Shown here: positions 45,911 to 54,591 of the stretch, piece by piece
How the letters are laid out: every line of letters begins with the position of its first letter
Numbering within the stretch: the stretch's first letter is position 1
NCBI GenBank assembly: GCA_903934015.1
Contig: CAIZMI010000022.1
Span: 1 to 62,323, forward strand
Direction of reading: 5' to 3'
Length of the DNA stretch: 62,323 nucleotides
Origin: an uncultured bacterium
GTDB taxonomy: Bacteria > Patescibacteriota > Andersenbacteria > UBA10190 > CAIZMI01
The notes under the pieces: generated by a model
What the model was told of the DNA's origin: nothing
What the model saw: only the letters and a program-made list of their open reading frames with translations
The model's database searches: none
Position numbers and translations under genes: made by a program

Positions 45911-47368
45911 TTATTTCTTATTCAGAAAAACAATTTTTGAGGTGGTTGGTTTCGCTGTTGCGAAATTAATACCAAATTTCGAAATGTAATCAAAATATTT
46001 CATCGCGCTATCATCTTTTAAATTTTTCAATGTATCCCTTTTGCCGAATTTTATTTCTGCCTTGACTAGGGTCATTTTTTTTCTTTCTTGCGCTGATAAT
46101 CCGGAATTATCCATGCGCTCTCGCAGAGCGTAAAAGTGCGCGTAAAGCATTCTTTCTTTCCAGTCATCATCTTTCATATATGCCATCTGCTTTTTCGCGA
46201 ACTCATAATTTGGATTCATACTAAGCGCCAGTTGAAGCATTTTTTTACCCATTTTCTCTTCACCACACGCAAAATGGCAAACAGCTTTATTTGCGAACAT
46301 TCGATAAATATCGTGGCGAACCACAAATTCCTTAATTAGTAAATCAAAGACTTCATACCAAGTATCCAGGGCGGAAACAAAACTATTTTGCTTCATTAGT
46401 TTATTGGCTTTCTCAAGTTTCATCCAACACTTGTCGCCACCTATTTTATTAACGTCCCAAATTAATTCGGCATCGGCGGACGGGTTTTCTAAATTCTTTT
46501 GTTGAGGCGACTTTCCATTCAAATCTTTTTGGGGAGAGGTGTTTTGAACATCAATAAAGGCGTGTGTTATTTCATTAATAATGGGGGTGTTATCATATTT
46601 GTCTGGAACCAGTCCCAAAATTATTGATACAAATTCAATCGGGTTTTTAGATTCAATATTTTGGAACCATTCAACAATTTTTTCAACCGAGATATATTGA
46701 TTGATTTCCGCCTTTACCAGAAGCTCCGCAAGTCGAAAACGCGCTTGTTTGGCGTCGATTATTCTTTCGTCATTATTTGACTTTTCTTTTTTTTCTTTTG
46801 CAAAGCCAAATGCGTCCTTGGCGGTTAATTTCTTTTTATCTTTTCTAAAAATATTTCTAATATTTTCCGTTGTTTCTACAGTTGGAAGAACATTATTATC
46901 GGCTCCCACCAACTCCCAGTGATCTCCCACTTTGGCAACGCGATTAAAAAATATGTTTCCGGGGCGTAAGTTATGCGTGGCGGATTTTTCTTTTACTTCA
47001 TAAATCGTGTCGGTTTTTAAATCGCGCATTGTCAATCCTTCGTCAATCCGTACTGAAATAACTTCAAAAAAACCAAAGTTCTGCGTTTTGATGAGATCGT
47101 CATAAAGACTCAATAGTGTCTGGTCTGTATGTTGTTTGGTAACCTCTCGATATTCCTGAATTAAGTTGTTACCATTTTCCAATTTAAAGTCGAAAAGAAC
47201 CCATTCATTGAATATTCCTTCTTGCGTTGTTGACAGTTCAAGGTCAGCAAAATCCTCAATCTTTTTGAGGTTAAAAAATTCCAAAACCGCACCCTTTATT
47301 TCGTCGGAATAAAATGGGTTTGCCGTGAAGAAGTCAACTATTTGTTTGAGGCTTCCACTTGGTAGCAT
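45911..47368 (-). CDS. Hypothetical 485-aa protein with C-terminal TPR-like repeats
   Basis: Long clean ORF. The C-terminal helical repeats (ALDTWYEVFDLLIKE...MLQLALSMNPNYEFAKKQ) look TPR-like. I did not recognise the N-terminal domain. Confidence 0.75.
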   Translation of the reverse strand: MLPSGSLKQIVDFFTANPFYSDEIKGAVLEFFNLKKIEDFADLELSTTQEGIFNEWVLFDFKLENGNNLIQEYREVTKQHTDQTLLSLYDDLIKTQNFGFFEVISVRIDEGLTMRDLKTDTIYEVKEKSATHNLRPGNIFFNRVAKVGDHWELVGADNNVLPTVETTENIRNIFRKDKKKLTAKDAFGFAKEKKEKSNNDERIIDAKQARFRLAELLVKAEINQYISVEKIVEWFQNIESKNPIEFVSIILGLVPDKYDNTPIINEITHAFIDVQNTSPQKDLNGKSPQQKNLENPSADAELIWDVNKIGGDKCWMKLEKANKLMKQNSFVSALDTWYEVFDLLIKEFVVRHDIYRMFANKAVCHFACGEEKMGKKMLQLALSMNPNYEFAKKQMAYMKDDDWKERMLYAHFYALRERMDNSGLSAQERKKMTLVKAEIKFGKRDTLKNLKDDSAMKYFDYISKFGINFATAKPTTSKIVFLNKK

Positions 47369-47527
47369 GAGATATTTGGATGGTATAAGTTATTGGGATA
47401 ATTTTCAACAGGAGATAGTGTCTAATATGAAAAAGTCTCCTTAAGTAGTAAGCCGTCCGGATCCCTTTTCTTCTGCTTAATTCAATGGTACCTGAATTTA
47501 CAAGCTTACCAAGTGCCAATACCGCGT

Positions 47528-47605
47528 GTCATTCCTGCCCGCGAGCAGTAATCCGGGTGTTAGGGTCCGTCACCGGCTGAAGAAGTAACCGGATCCTGGT
47601 TAGTG
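47528..47605. repeat. Repeat mosaic M2 + M4
   Basis: gtcattcctgcccgcgagcagtaatcc (M2), then gttagggtccgtcaccggctgaagaagtaaccggatcctggttagtg (M4). Confidence 0.7.
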
Positions 47606-47618
47606 TAAACATGGAATT

Positions 47619-47709
47619 TTCACGGTTATGAGTGAAAAAACGTGAAAAAGTGTGTAAAAATCACTATTATTCACGCTTAACTTGACAAAACCGTGAAATA
47701 ATGTATGAT
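47619..47709 (+). promoter_or_regulatory. Fic promoter (TTGACA-16 nt-TATGAT) preceded and overlapped by five TTCACG/CGTGAA half-sites
   Basis: -35 at 47682-47687 and -10 at 47704-47709. Motif copies: ttcacgg 47619, gtgaaaa 47632, cgtgaaa 47641, ttcacgc 47670, cgtgaaa 47692. Confidence 0.55.
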
Positions 47710-47715
47710 GCATGT

Positions 47716-48600
47716 ATGCCCAAAACATCAAAAATGTTCAATCAAATTAACGTATTACGCAAGAGGTATTTCGAAGCAATCACCGGTAAGGAATCCTTGT
47801 TAAGGTTAATTTCCGAAAGTGAAGTTGCCGAACAGGTATATAATTCCAATGCCATCGAAAACAGCACGCTTACCTTTGAAGAAACAGAAAAAATTCTTCT
47901 TCAAATTGACTTGGATAGATTTATCACGGAACGTGAAATTTTTGAGGCAAAAAATCTTGCTCGCGTAGTTTCGTATATAGACAAAAGAGCAAAGGAGTTA
48001 GAATTGAATGTTGAAGTAATTTTGTCGTTACATAAAATGCTTCTTTCGAATATCCGTGATGAGGTGGCGGGTCGTTTTAGGAAAGAAAAAGAGTTTGTGC
48101 GTGTTGGTAGTCATATTGCGCCTCGCTCGGAGGAAGTGATTGGTCGGCTTGAAAAAATGTTTACCGAATATCATTCTGCTAGCCATGAAAATATTATTAA
48201 GCGTATCGCAAAACTGCATCTTGAATTTGAATATACACACCCGTTTATTGATGGAAATGGCAGGATCGGGCGCGTAATTAATAACTTCTTATTAACGCGC
48301 GAAGGATTTGTTCCGATTAACATTAAATTTATTGATCGGAATAAATACTATGACGCTTTTAGCGAGTATGATGAAAAAGGCGCGACGGGAATAATGGAAG
48401 AAATTGTGGGAAAAGCACTAACCAATAGTTACCACAAACGCTTAGCGTATTTAGAGAGTAAGAACATTACCACTCTTTCTGATTTTGCGAAAAATAATAA
48501 AATTTCGCACTCCAACTTGATCAATAAAGCCAACCGGCAAACCATAGAGGCGTTCTTGGAAAAAGGTATTTGGAAAATCGGAGAAGACACAACAGTTTAA
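47716..48600 (+). CDS. Fic-family protein (class II, N-terminal inhibitory helix)
   Basis: Fic motif HPFIDGNGRIGR and inhibitory motif SNAIEN ([ST]xxxE[GN]). The track start 47701 lies inside the -10 box, so ATG 47716 (possibly leaderless) or 47734 is more likely. Confidence 0.85.
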   Translation: MPKTSKMFNQINVLRKRYFEAITGKESLLRLISESEVAEQVYNSNAIENSTLTFEETEKILLQIDLDRFITEREIFEAKNLARVVSYIDKRAKELELNVEVILSLHKMLLSNIRDEVAGRFRKEKEFVRVGSHIAPRSEEVIGRLEKMFTEYHSASHENIIKRIAKLHLEFEYTHPFIDGNGRIGRVINNFLLTREGFVPINIKFIDRNKYYDAFSEYDEKGATGIMEEIVGKALTNSYHKRLAYLESKNITTLSDFAKNNKISHSNLINKANRQTIEAFLEKGIWKIGEDTTV

Positions 48601-48615
48601 AATAATCAGTCGTCT

Positions 48616-48775
48616 GTCATTCCTGCCCGCGAGCAGGAATCCGCCGTCGAATTGCGCCGTCTCCCTTCTTTCGACAAATGGCGCGGCGGATGCCCCGAGA
48701 ACATCCTGTGAATGTTCGAGAGGGTGCCAGCGCCGGCACATCAGTGCCGTGGGTACGAAGAGGGGTTCCGTCGTC
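48616..48775. repeat. Repeat mosaic M2 + M3 (+ truncated M1 junction)
   Basis: gtcattcctgcccgcgagcaggaatcc, then an M3 copy. Its internal hairpin carries two compensatory base-pair changes relative to the 45.5-kb copy. Confidence 0.75.
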
Positions 48776-49022
48776 GTACTTTTCTTTTCTCGTAACTATC
48801 CTTATATCTTCCAACGTTCCTTCATCTTCGCCACCAGCGGTTCCGCAATCTTTTTACTTTCTTCAAAATTCAATCGTTCAAACTTATCCAACTTCCGTTG
48901 TAATTCGTTTGGTAATCCCTTATTATCCGCCCAACTTTTTAAGGCTTGTTGTAATTTTGCGTCGGCAAAGAAGGCGATCGCATCCGCGTCCCTAGGGCTT
49001 GGTAATTAATAAACGTCTCATC

Positions 49023-49583
49023 TTATGCCCAATCCATCTCCAAATACAACTGCTTCTCAATCAAAAATCTTTCAACGTATGTTGAATACGCTTCAAGATT
49101 TTGTTCAATCAAAGACAGTCGTCTTTGAAGCGTATTGAACATAATCTTGAAACGTTTATTAATTACCAAGCCCTTAATAATTTTATTTTCCAAACTGTCG
49201 CTTTCTTCCTTAAGAATGTTTATTAAAGCTTCATATTGATCTTCATCCAGATCCAAAGACTTCAGAAATTTCTCACTAAACTCAAAAGCCATTTTGCCGT
49301 GATTGGCGCGCAAAGTATCTTCATCCGCTTTCGACGCTTTTCCGATATCGTGCAAAAGCGCGCCAACAGAAACCACTTCCAAATCCGCGTCGGGGAAGTG
49401 GGTGGCCAGATGTAGGGCAAAACTGCACACCACAACACTGTGGTGGTACATAATTTCCCAGTCGTTAAAACTAAAAGCCGGGTTATCTTGAAAAGACTGC
49501 TTGAGAAATTTTTCCGCCGCCTCAGTATTGTCCATAGGGATATGGTAGCGTAACTGTTGCGCAAAGCGAATGGGGTCCAACAT
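49023..49583 (-). CDS. HD-domain phosphohydrolase (186 aa)
   Basis: H...HD signature (MYHHSVVVCSFALHLA ... GALLHDIGKA). Confidence 0.8.
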   Translation of the reverse strand: MLDPIRFAQQLRYHIPMDNTEAAEKFLKQSFQDNPAFSFNDWEIMYHHSVVVCSFALHLATHFPDADLEVVSVGALLHDIGKASKADEDTLRANHGKMAFEFSEKFLKSLDLDEDQYEALINILKEESDSLENKIIKGLVINKRFKIMFNTLQRRLSLIEQNLEAYSTYVERFLIEKQLYLEMDWA

Positions 49584-49585
49584 CG

Positions 49586-49765
49586 TCCGTCTTTGCGAGC
49601 CCGCCGATGTAGCGGATGAAGCAAGCCTCGTGTCGTCGTTTTCCCTCCCTTTGTAAGGGAGGGATAAAGGGTGGGTTTAGTCGTAGCGTGTCATTCCTGC
49701 CCGCGAGCAGGAATCCGTGTATTAGGGTCCGTCACTGGCTGAAGACGTAACCGGACCCTGGTTGG
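49586..49765. repeat. Repeat mosaic M5 + M1 + M2 + M4
   Basis: gtctttgcgagc...gcggatgaagcaagcc (M5), ccctccctttgtaagggaggg (M1), gtcattcctgcccgcgagcaggaatcc (M2), agggtccgtcactggctgaagacgtaaccggaccct (M4). Confidence 0.75.
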
Positions 49766-50009
49766 GGAGGTTTAGTTTACGATAATTTTTGTTGACATCG
49801 TATCTTACAATATCAACAAAAAAATCAATTACGTTGATAATGCGAAGAGCAATAGCAACAAACAATTCGTGGTAAGGATTGTTTAGAAAATAGATTTCCG
49901 CCGGGCGGAAATCATTGAAAGATAAATCTAACAAAACCAAACTTCCAAAAAACCGTAGTGAACGGTCATTTCGGAAGATCAGAGTTTTTGTGGGAAAAAG
50001 CGGTGTAGT

Positions 50010-50132
50010 GCCCCGCCTCCTTCCCTTATTCAAGAGAAGGCGAGGATGGGTTACGTAATCATCATTCTTTGCGAGGCGTTTCAGCGTCGAAGTAATCCCC
50101 TAGGTCATTCCTTTGTGCTAGTGAATAGGCAC
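50010..50132. repeat. Degenerate repeat mosaic M1 + M5 + M2-like
   Basis: ccgcctccttcccttattcaagagaaggcgaggatgggtt, then cattctttgcgaggcgtttcagcgtcgaagtaatcc, then gtcattcctttgtgctagtgaatagg. Confidence 0.55.
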
Positions 50133-50194
50133 CTCTGTAATGTCGCAATATAATTGCCCAATTAACCAATTTGGGCGTATATTGAGCCAAGATT

Positions 50195-52030
50195 ATGCAA
50201 AAAATTATTGGAAAAGAAAAGTCGTTGAGTGATCTTCTGTCTAATAAGAAGTACACGATTCATTATTATCAACGTGAGTATCGTTGGGGTAAAAAACAGA
50301 TTGAAGAACTAATCGATGATTTGACCGGTGAATTTTATGATTCTTTTGATATAGAAAATTCACGCGATGAAGTTGAACGATATGGTCATTATTATTTGGG
50401 TTCGATTGTTTTTAGTAGTGGTGAAAACCAAGCAGCCATTATTGATGGGCAACAAAGGCTCACTTCTTTAACACTATTGTTAATATATCTAAATAATCTT
50501 CAAAAAAACAAAGTTGCAGAAAACAAAGTTGCGATTGATCATCTTGTATTTTCTGATAGACATGGCGTGCGATCATTCAATATACACGTTGATGAAAGGG
50601 AAAAATGTTTAAATGCTTTATATACAGACAATATTGATGGTTTTGATACAAGCAACAATGTTCCAGAAAGTGTAAAAAACATATTTGAAAGGTATAAAGA
50701 TATTGCTGAAATATTTCCAGAGGACCTTAAAGATAGAGCCTTACCGTTTTTTATCGATTGGCTAATTTACAATGTCGATTTGGTTGAGATTTCCGCATAT
50801 ACCGAACAAGATGCTCATAAAATTTTTGTTTCTATGAATGATCGTGGGTTGAGCCTAACTCCAACGGAAATGTTAAAAGGGTTCTTGCTTTCTGAAATTA
50901 AATCAGATAAAAACAGAAGTGAAGCGAATGAAATATGGAAAAATCAAATCATGGAGCTTTCTACTATCGGGCCGAAAGAGGATGATGATTTTTTCAAAAA
51001 TTGGTTAAGAGCACAATACGCAAATTCTATTCGTGAAACAAAAAAAGGCGCCGTTAATGAAGATTTTGATATTATAGGAACAACTTTTCACAAGTGGGTC
51101 AGGGAGAATTCTGAGGAAATGGGCCTAGAAAACACTGAAGCCTATGAAAAATTCGTGATGATATATTTACCAAAATATGCGAGGGTTTATAAAACCCTTA
51201 AAAAATATTCCATGGAGTTTTCTTCTGACTATGAGTGTGTATTTTTCAATGCTGATAGAAATTTTACGTTACAATTTCAAGTGATTCTCTCGGCTGTTGA
51301 CCCAGAAGATAATGATGAAATCACTAAGAAAAAGATTCAAATAGTCAGCAGGTATGTTGATCAATATATTGCTCGTCGTAGTTTCAATTTCAAGATGCTC
51401 GGATACAACACGATAAAAAATGCGATGTTTACCATTTCAAAGAAAATACGTAGAAAATCAGTCGAGGAGCTGAAAGAGACTTTGCAAAAAGAGTTACAGA
51501 ATATGGATTTTGGTTTGGACGCAATTGACGATTTTTATTTAAGTCAATTTACAATAAAAAATATGCGCCATGTGTTGGCTAGGATGACTTATTATATCGA
51601 AAATGGGAGTGGTTTAAATACAAAATTCGATGATTATGTGAATCGAGAAATCAGAAATCCGTACGATATCGAGCATATTATGGCTGATCATTTTGAGCGA
51701 TTTGCAGATCAATTTCAAGAAGAAAAAGCTTTTCATGAGGCTAGAAATAAATTTGGAGATTTGCTGATTTTGCCACAGGACAAAAATAGAAGTTTTAATG
51801 ACTCAAAATACGATGAAAAATTACCAATGTATTTTGGTGAGAATTTGCTTGCTAAATCTCTAAATGGAAAATGCTATCAGAATAATCCACAATTTTTACG
51901 GTTTATTGAGGGCGAGAGACTTGAGTTTAAGGCGATTGATGATTTTACAAAAGGTAGTATCCAATCTCGGCAAGAGCTTTATAAGACAATTTGTAAAAAG
52001 ATTTGGGATGCTGAATTATTGAGTAGATAG
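50195..52030 (+). CDS. DUF262/DUF1524 (GmrSD-like) two-domain nuclease, first gene of the RM operon
   Basis: N-terminal YQREYRWGKKQIEELIDDL and IIDGQQRLTSL (ParB/DGQQR motif). The C-terminal region IEHIMADH...LILPQDKNRSFND looks like a His-Me/HNH finger. Confidence 0.8.
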   Translation: MQKIIGKEKSLSDLLSNKKYTIHYYQREYRWGKKQIEELIDDLTGEFYDSFDIENSRDEVERYGHYYLGSIVFSSGENQAAIIDGQQRLTSLTLLLIYLNNLQKNKVAENKVAIDHLVFSDRHGVRSFNIHVDEREKCLNALYTDNIDGFDTSNNVPESVKNIFERYKDIAEIFPEDLKDRALPFFIDWLIYNVDLVEISAYTEQDAHKIFVSMNDRGLSLTPTEMLKGFLLSEIKSDKNRSEANEIWKNQIMELSTIGPKEDDDFFKNWLRAQYANSIRETKKGAVNEDFDIIGTTFHKWVRENSEEMGLENTEAYEKFVMIYLPKYARVYKTLKKYSMEFSSDYECVFFNADRNFTLQFQVILSAVDPEDNDEITKKKIQIVSRYVDQYIARRSFNFKMLGYNTIKNAMFTISKKIRRKSVEELKETLQKELQNMDFGLDAIDDFYLSQFTIKNMRHVLARMTYYIENGSGLNTKFDDYVNREIRNPYDIEHIMADHFERFADQFQEEKAFHEARNKFGDLLILPQDKNRSFNDSKYDEKLPMYFGENLLAKSLNGKCYQNNPQFLRFIEGERLEFKAIDDFTKGSIQSRQELYKTICKKIWDAELLSR

Positions 52031-52032
52031 AT

Positions 52033-54588
52033 ATGTCAAATTCCAAGGAAGCAAAAGCACGGATAAAGATCAATAAAATGCTCGAAGATTCTGGCTGGCG
52101 TTTTGAGGACGATAAGAACGGCAGAGGCAACATTCAACTTGAGCCGGGGGTAAAATATGCCGAACTTGGTGATGATTTTGAAAATGAAACTCACGGTTTT
52201 ATTGATTTTCTTTTGCTTGACAAAGACGGACGCGCGCTCGTCGTGGTGGAAGCTAAAAGGGAAGCCGTTGATCCACTATCTGCCAAAGAACAAGCTCGCA
52301 ATTATGCTCGCAATGTCGGTGCCCGTTTCGTGATCCTCTCAAACGGCAATATCCATTATTTTTGGGATACCAAACACGGAAATCCAGACACTATTTCACG
52401 TTTTCCAACACAGGATTCCATTACACAATACGAAAAATATACGCCGAATCCTGCCGAGCTAGTGCAAACAGTTGTCGATGAAAATTATATTGTTTCGACA
52501 CAGATTCCAACCTTTGCGACGGATCCCGCTTTTCTGGACAAAACAACTCGTGTGGAGTTTTTAAAAACCAATAAACTTAAACAACTTCGTCCGTATCAAG
52601 TGCAAGCCATCAAGGCCCTTCAGGCATCAGCGCAGAGTGGAAATCAGAGATTTTTGTTTGAAATGGCAACGGGAACTGGCAAAACCCTTATTTCCGCGGC
52701 GGTTATCAAACTTTTTCTTAAGTCAGGTAACGCGCGTCGAGTTCTTTTCTTGGTTGACCGTCTTGAACTTGAAGATCAGGCGAAAAAAGCGTTCGTTCAC
52801 TACCTTGGTAAAGATTATCGCTGTGTTGTTTATAAAGAAAACAAAGATTCTTGGGCAAATGCCAGCATTGTTGTTTCTACAATCCAAACTTTTCTTGCCG
52901 GTGATCGTTATAAAAAAGAATTTTCCCCGACTGATTTTGAACTGATAATATCCGACGAAGCACATCGCTCCATCGGCGGTAACAGTCGCGCGGTATTTGA
53001 ATATTTTGTCGGCTACAAGCTTGGTCTAACCGCCACGCCAAAAAATTATCTAAGAGGTTTTGATGCCGAAGGTGCGGATAGCCAAAGGGAATATGAACGA
53101 CGACTATTGATTGATACCTATAAAACATTTGGTTGTGAAGCCGGAACTCCCACCTTTTCATATGATCTCGAAAAAGGCGCGGATGAGGGTTATCTCATCA
53201 AGCCAACTATTGTTGGCGCACGCACCAACATCACCACGGAACTTCTTTCGGAAGAAGGTTACGCCGTTCATACACTCACTGAAAATGGCGAAACAGTTGA
53301 CGAAATTTTCAACGAACGTCATTACGAGCGCAAAATATTCAACAAAGAAACTAACATCGCTATGTGCAAGGCGCTCATTGATAATGGTCTTTATGATCCG
53401 GTTGCCAAAAAACTAGGCGTAGATCTTTTTGGAAAAACAATTGTCTTTGCAGTATCGCAAAATCACGCCGCCGGACTGACAAACATTTTAAACAAAATCG
53501 CTTATGAAAAATGGCCGGAACAATACAGCGAATCAAATTTCGCTATGCAAGTTTCTTCACAAGTTGCGGACGCCCAGCAGATGACTATTAATTTCGCCAA
53601 TAATCGTCTTGGTGGACAAACAAGCCGTCCCGAAGGTTATGACACCAGTAAAACTCGCGTTGCCGTAACTGTGGGGATGATGACGACCGGCTATGATTGC
53701 CAAGATTTACTCAATATCGCTCTGATGCGTCCGGTTTTTTCTCCAACTGATTTTGTACAAATCAAAGGACGAGGTACTAGGAAATGGCAGTTTGAATACA
53801 ATGATTATCAAAACGATCCAATTACAGAATCAAAAGAAAAATTCAAGTTTTTCGATTTCTTCGCGACTTGTGATTATTTTGAAAATGAATTTGATTATGA
53901 TGAAAAAATTGAAATTCCTTTTAATTATTACCCACCAACAACTGGCCCTGATGATGCTGACGTGAGCGCAGATGGTACAGGGGTTGTGGGTGATGAACCT
54001 ATTGGGGCAAAAGGCCCGATTGATCTTGCGACGGGTGACGCATTGGCCACGCTTTCCGAAACCCCTGAGGGTGTGATTATGCGCATTGACCGCGAGGGCT
54101 TCAAGCGTGCCGTGGAAGAAGATGTGCTTGGCAACGAAAAACTCAAAAATATGTGGGAAAACGGTGACACCGAAGAAGCCGAAAATTTTGCTCAAAAGCA
54201 GATTTTTGATAAGCCAAAATATTTTCTCAATCTCGATAGAATCAAACGAATTTTCGGTGTTGATCGTCGTATTACTGTTAAAGAGTTTTTGCAGGTGGCA
54301 TTTGGTGAGAAAGAATCTTTTGAAACGAAAGACGAGCTTCTAGAGTCAGAATGGGTGAAGTTTATGGAGGTGAATCCGGTGGACCAAGTGCACTACGAAC
54401 CCGTAAAAATGTTTTTCAAGGCATATGTGACAGACGAAAAAGTTCGCGAAATTGTCGCGAGTCGTCAAATCGGTCGTTTTAGTACCGAGTCATCGTTCAA
54501 TTCTGATGAATACACCAAGCTTAATGGATTTAAAACAGCTGTCCCACAATATATTCATGATTATGCTTATCATTTAACAAACTTATAA
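52033..54588 (+). CDS. hsdR: Type I restriction enzyme R subunit (HsdR), EcoEI-like
   Basis: N-terminal PD-(D/E)xK region (IDFLLLDKDGRALVVVEAKRE), Walker A FEMATGTGKT, DEAH box IISDEAHRS, motif VI QIKGRGTR. The start lies 2 nt after the upstream stop. Confidence 0.85.
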   Translation: MSNSKEAKARIKINKMLEDSGWRFEDDKNGRGNIQLEPGVKYAELGDDFENETHGFIDFLLLDKDGRALVVVEAKREAVDPLSAKEQARNYARNVGARFVILSNGNIHYFWDTKHGNPDTISRFPTQDSITQYEKYTPNPAELVQTVVDENYIVSTQIPTFATDPAFLDKTTRVEFLKTNKLKQLRPYQVQAIKALQASAQSGNQRFLFEMATGTGKTLISAAVIKLFLKSGNARRVLFLVDRLELEDQAKKAFVHYLGKDYRCVVYKENKDSWANASIVVSTIQTFLAGDRYKKEFSPTDFELIISDEAHRSIGGNSRAVFEYFVGYKLGLTATPKNYLRGFDAEGADSQREYERRLLIDTYKTFGCEAGTPTFSYDLEKGADEGYLIKPTIVGARTNITTELLSEEGYAVHTLTENGETVDEIFNERHYERKIFNKETNIAMCKALIDNGLYDPVAKKLGVDLFGKTIVFAVSQNHAAGLTNILNKIAYEKWPEQYSESNFAMQVSSQVADAQQMTINFANNRLGGQTSRPEGYDTSKTRVAVTVGMMTTGYDCQDLLNIALMRPVFSPTDFVQIKGRGTRKWQFEYNDYQNDPITESKEKFKFFDFFATCDYFENEFDYDEKIEIPFNYYPPTTGPDDADVSADGTGVVGDEPIGAKGPIDLATGDALATLSETPEGVIMRIDREGFKRAVEEDVLGNEKLKNMWENGDTEEAENFAQKQIFDKPKYFLNLDRIKRIFGVDRRITVKEFLQVAFGEKESFETKDELLESEWVKFMEVNPVDQVHYEPVKMFFKAYVTDEKVREIVASRQIGRFSTESSFNSDEYTKLNGFKTAVPQYIHDYAYHLTNL

Positions 54589-54591
54589 ATT

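Noticed and set aside
45063-48995. ORFs translated across repeat mosaics (45431-45703 -, 48617-48814 -, 48678-48995 +, 48749-49009 +, and likewise 61172-61357 -, 61278-61463 - and 61285-61488 +)
   Set aside because: They are made of repeat-module sequence (peptides such as ...KGGLRGI and HPPRHLQREG recur wherever the repeat occurs). They lack start signals and overlap each other.
48802-49005. Open frame of about 67 codons on the minus strand just downstream of the 186-aa HD gene (…FFADAKLQQALKSWADNKGLPNELQRKLDKFERLNFEESKKIAEPLVAKMKERWKI*)
   Set aside because: The sequence is protein-like, but the open frame has no ATG/GTG/TTG start. It is probably a truncated gene remnant and is not confident enough to annotate.
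49722-50033. 103-aa minus-strand ORF between two repeat mosaics, plus the gatttccgc-cggg-gcggaaatc hairpin at about 49895-49915
   Set aside because: The ORF begins and ends inside repeat modules and has no start signals or recognisable motifs. The hairpin may be a terminator remnant, but no gene ends there.
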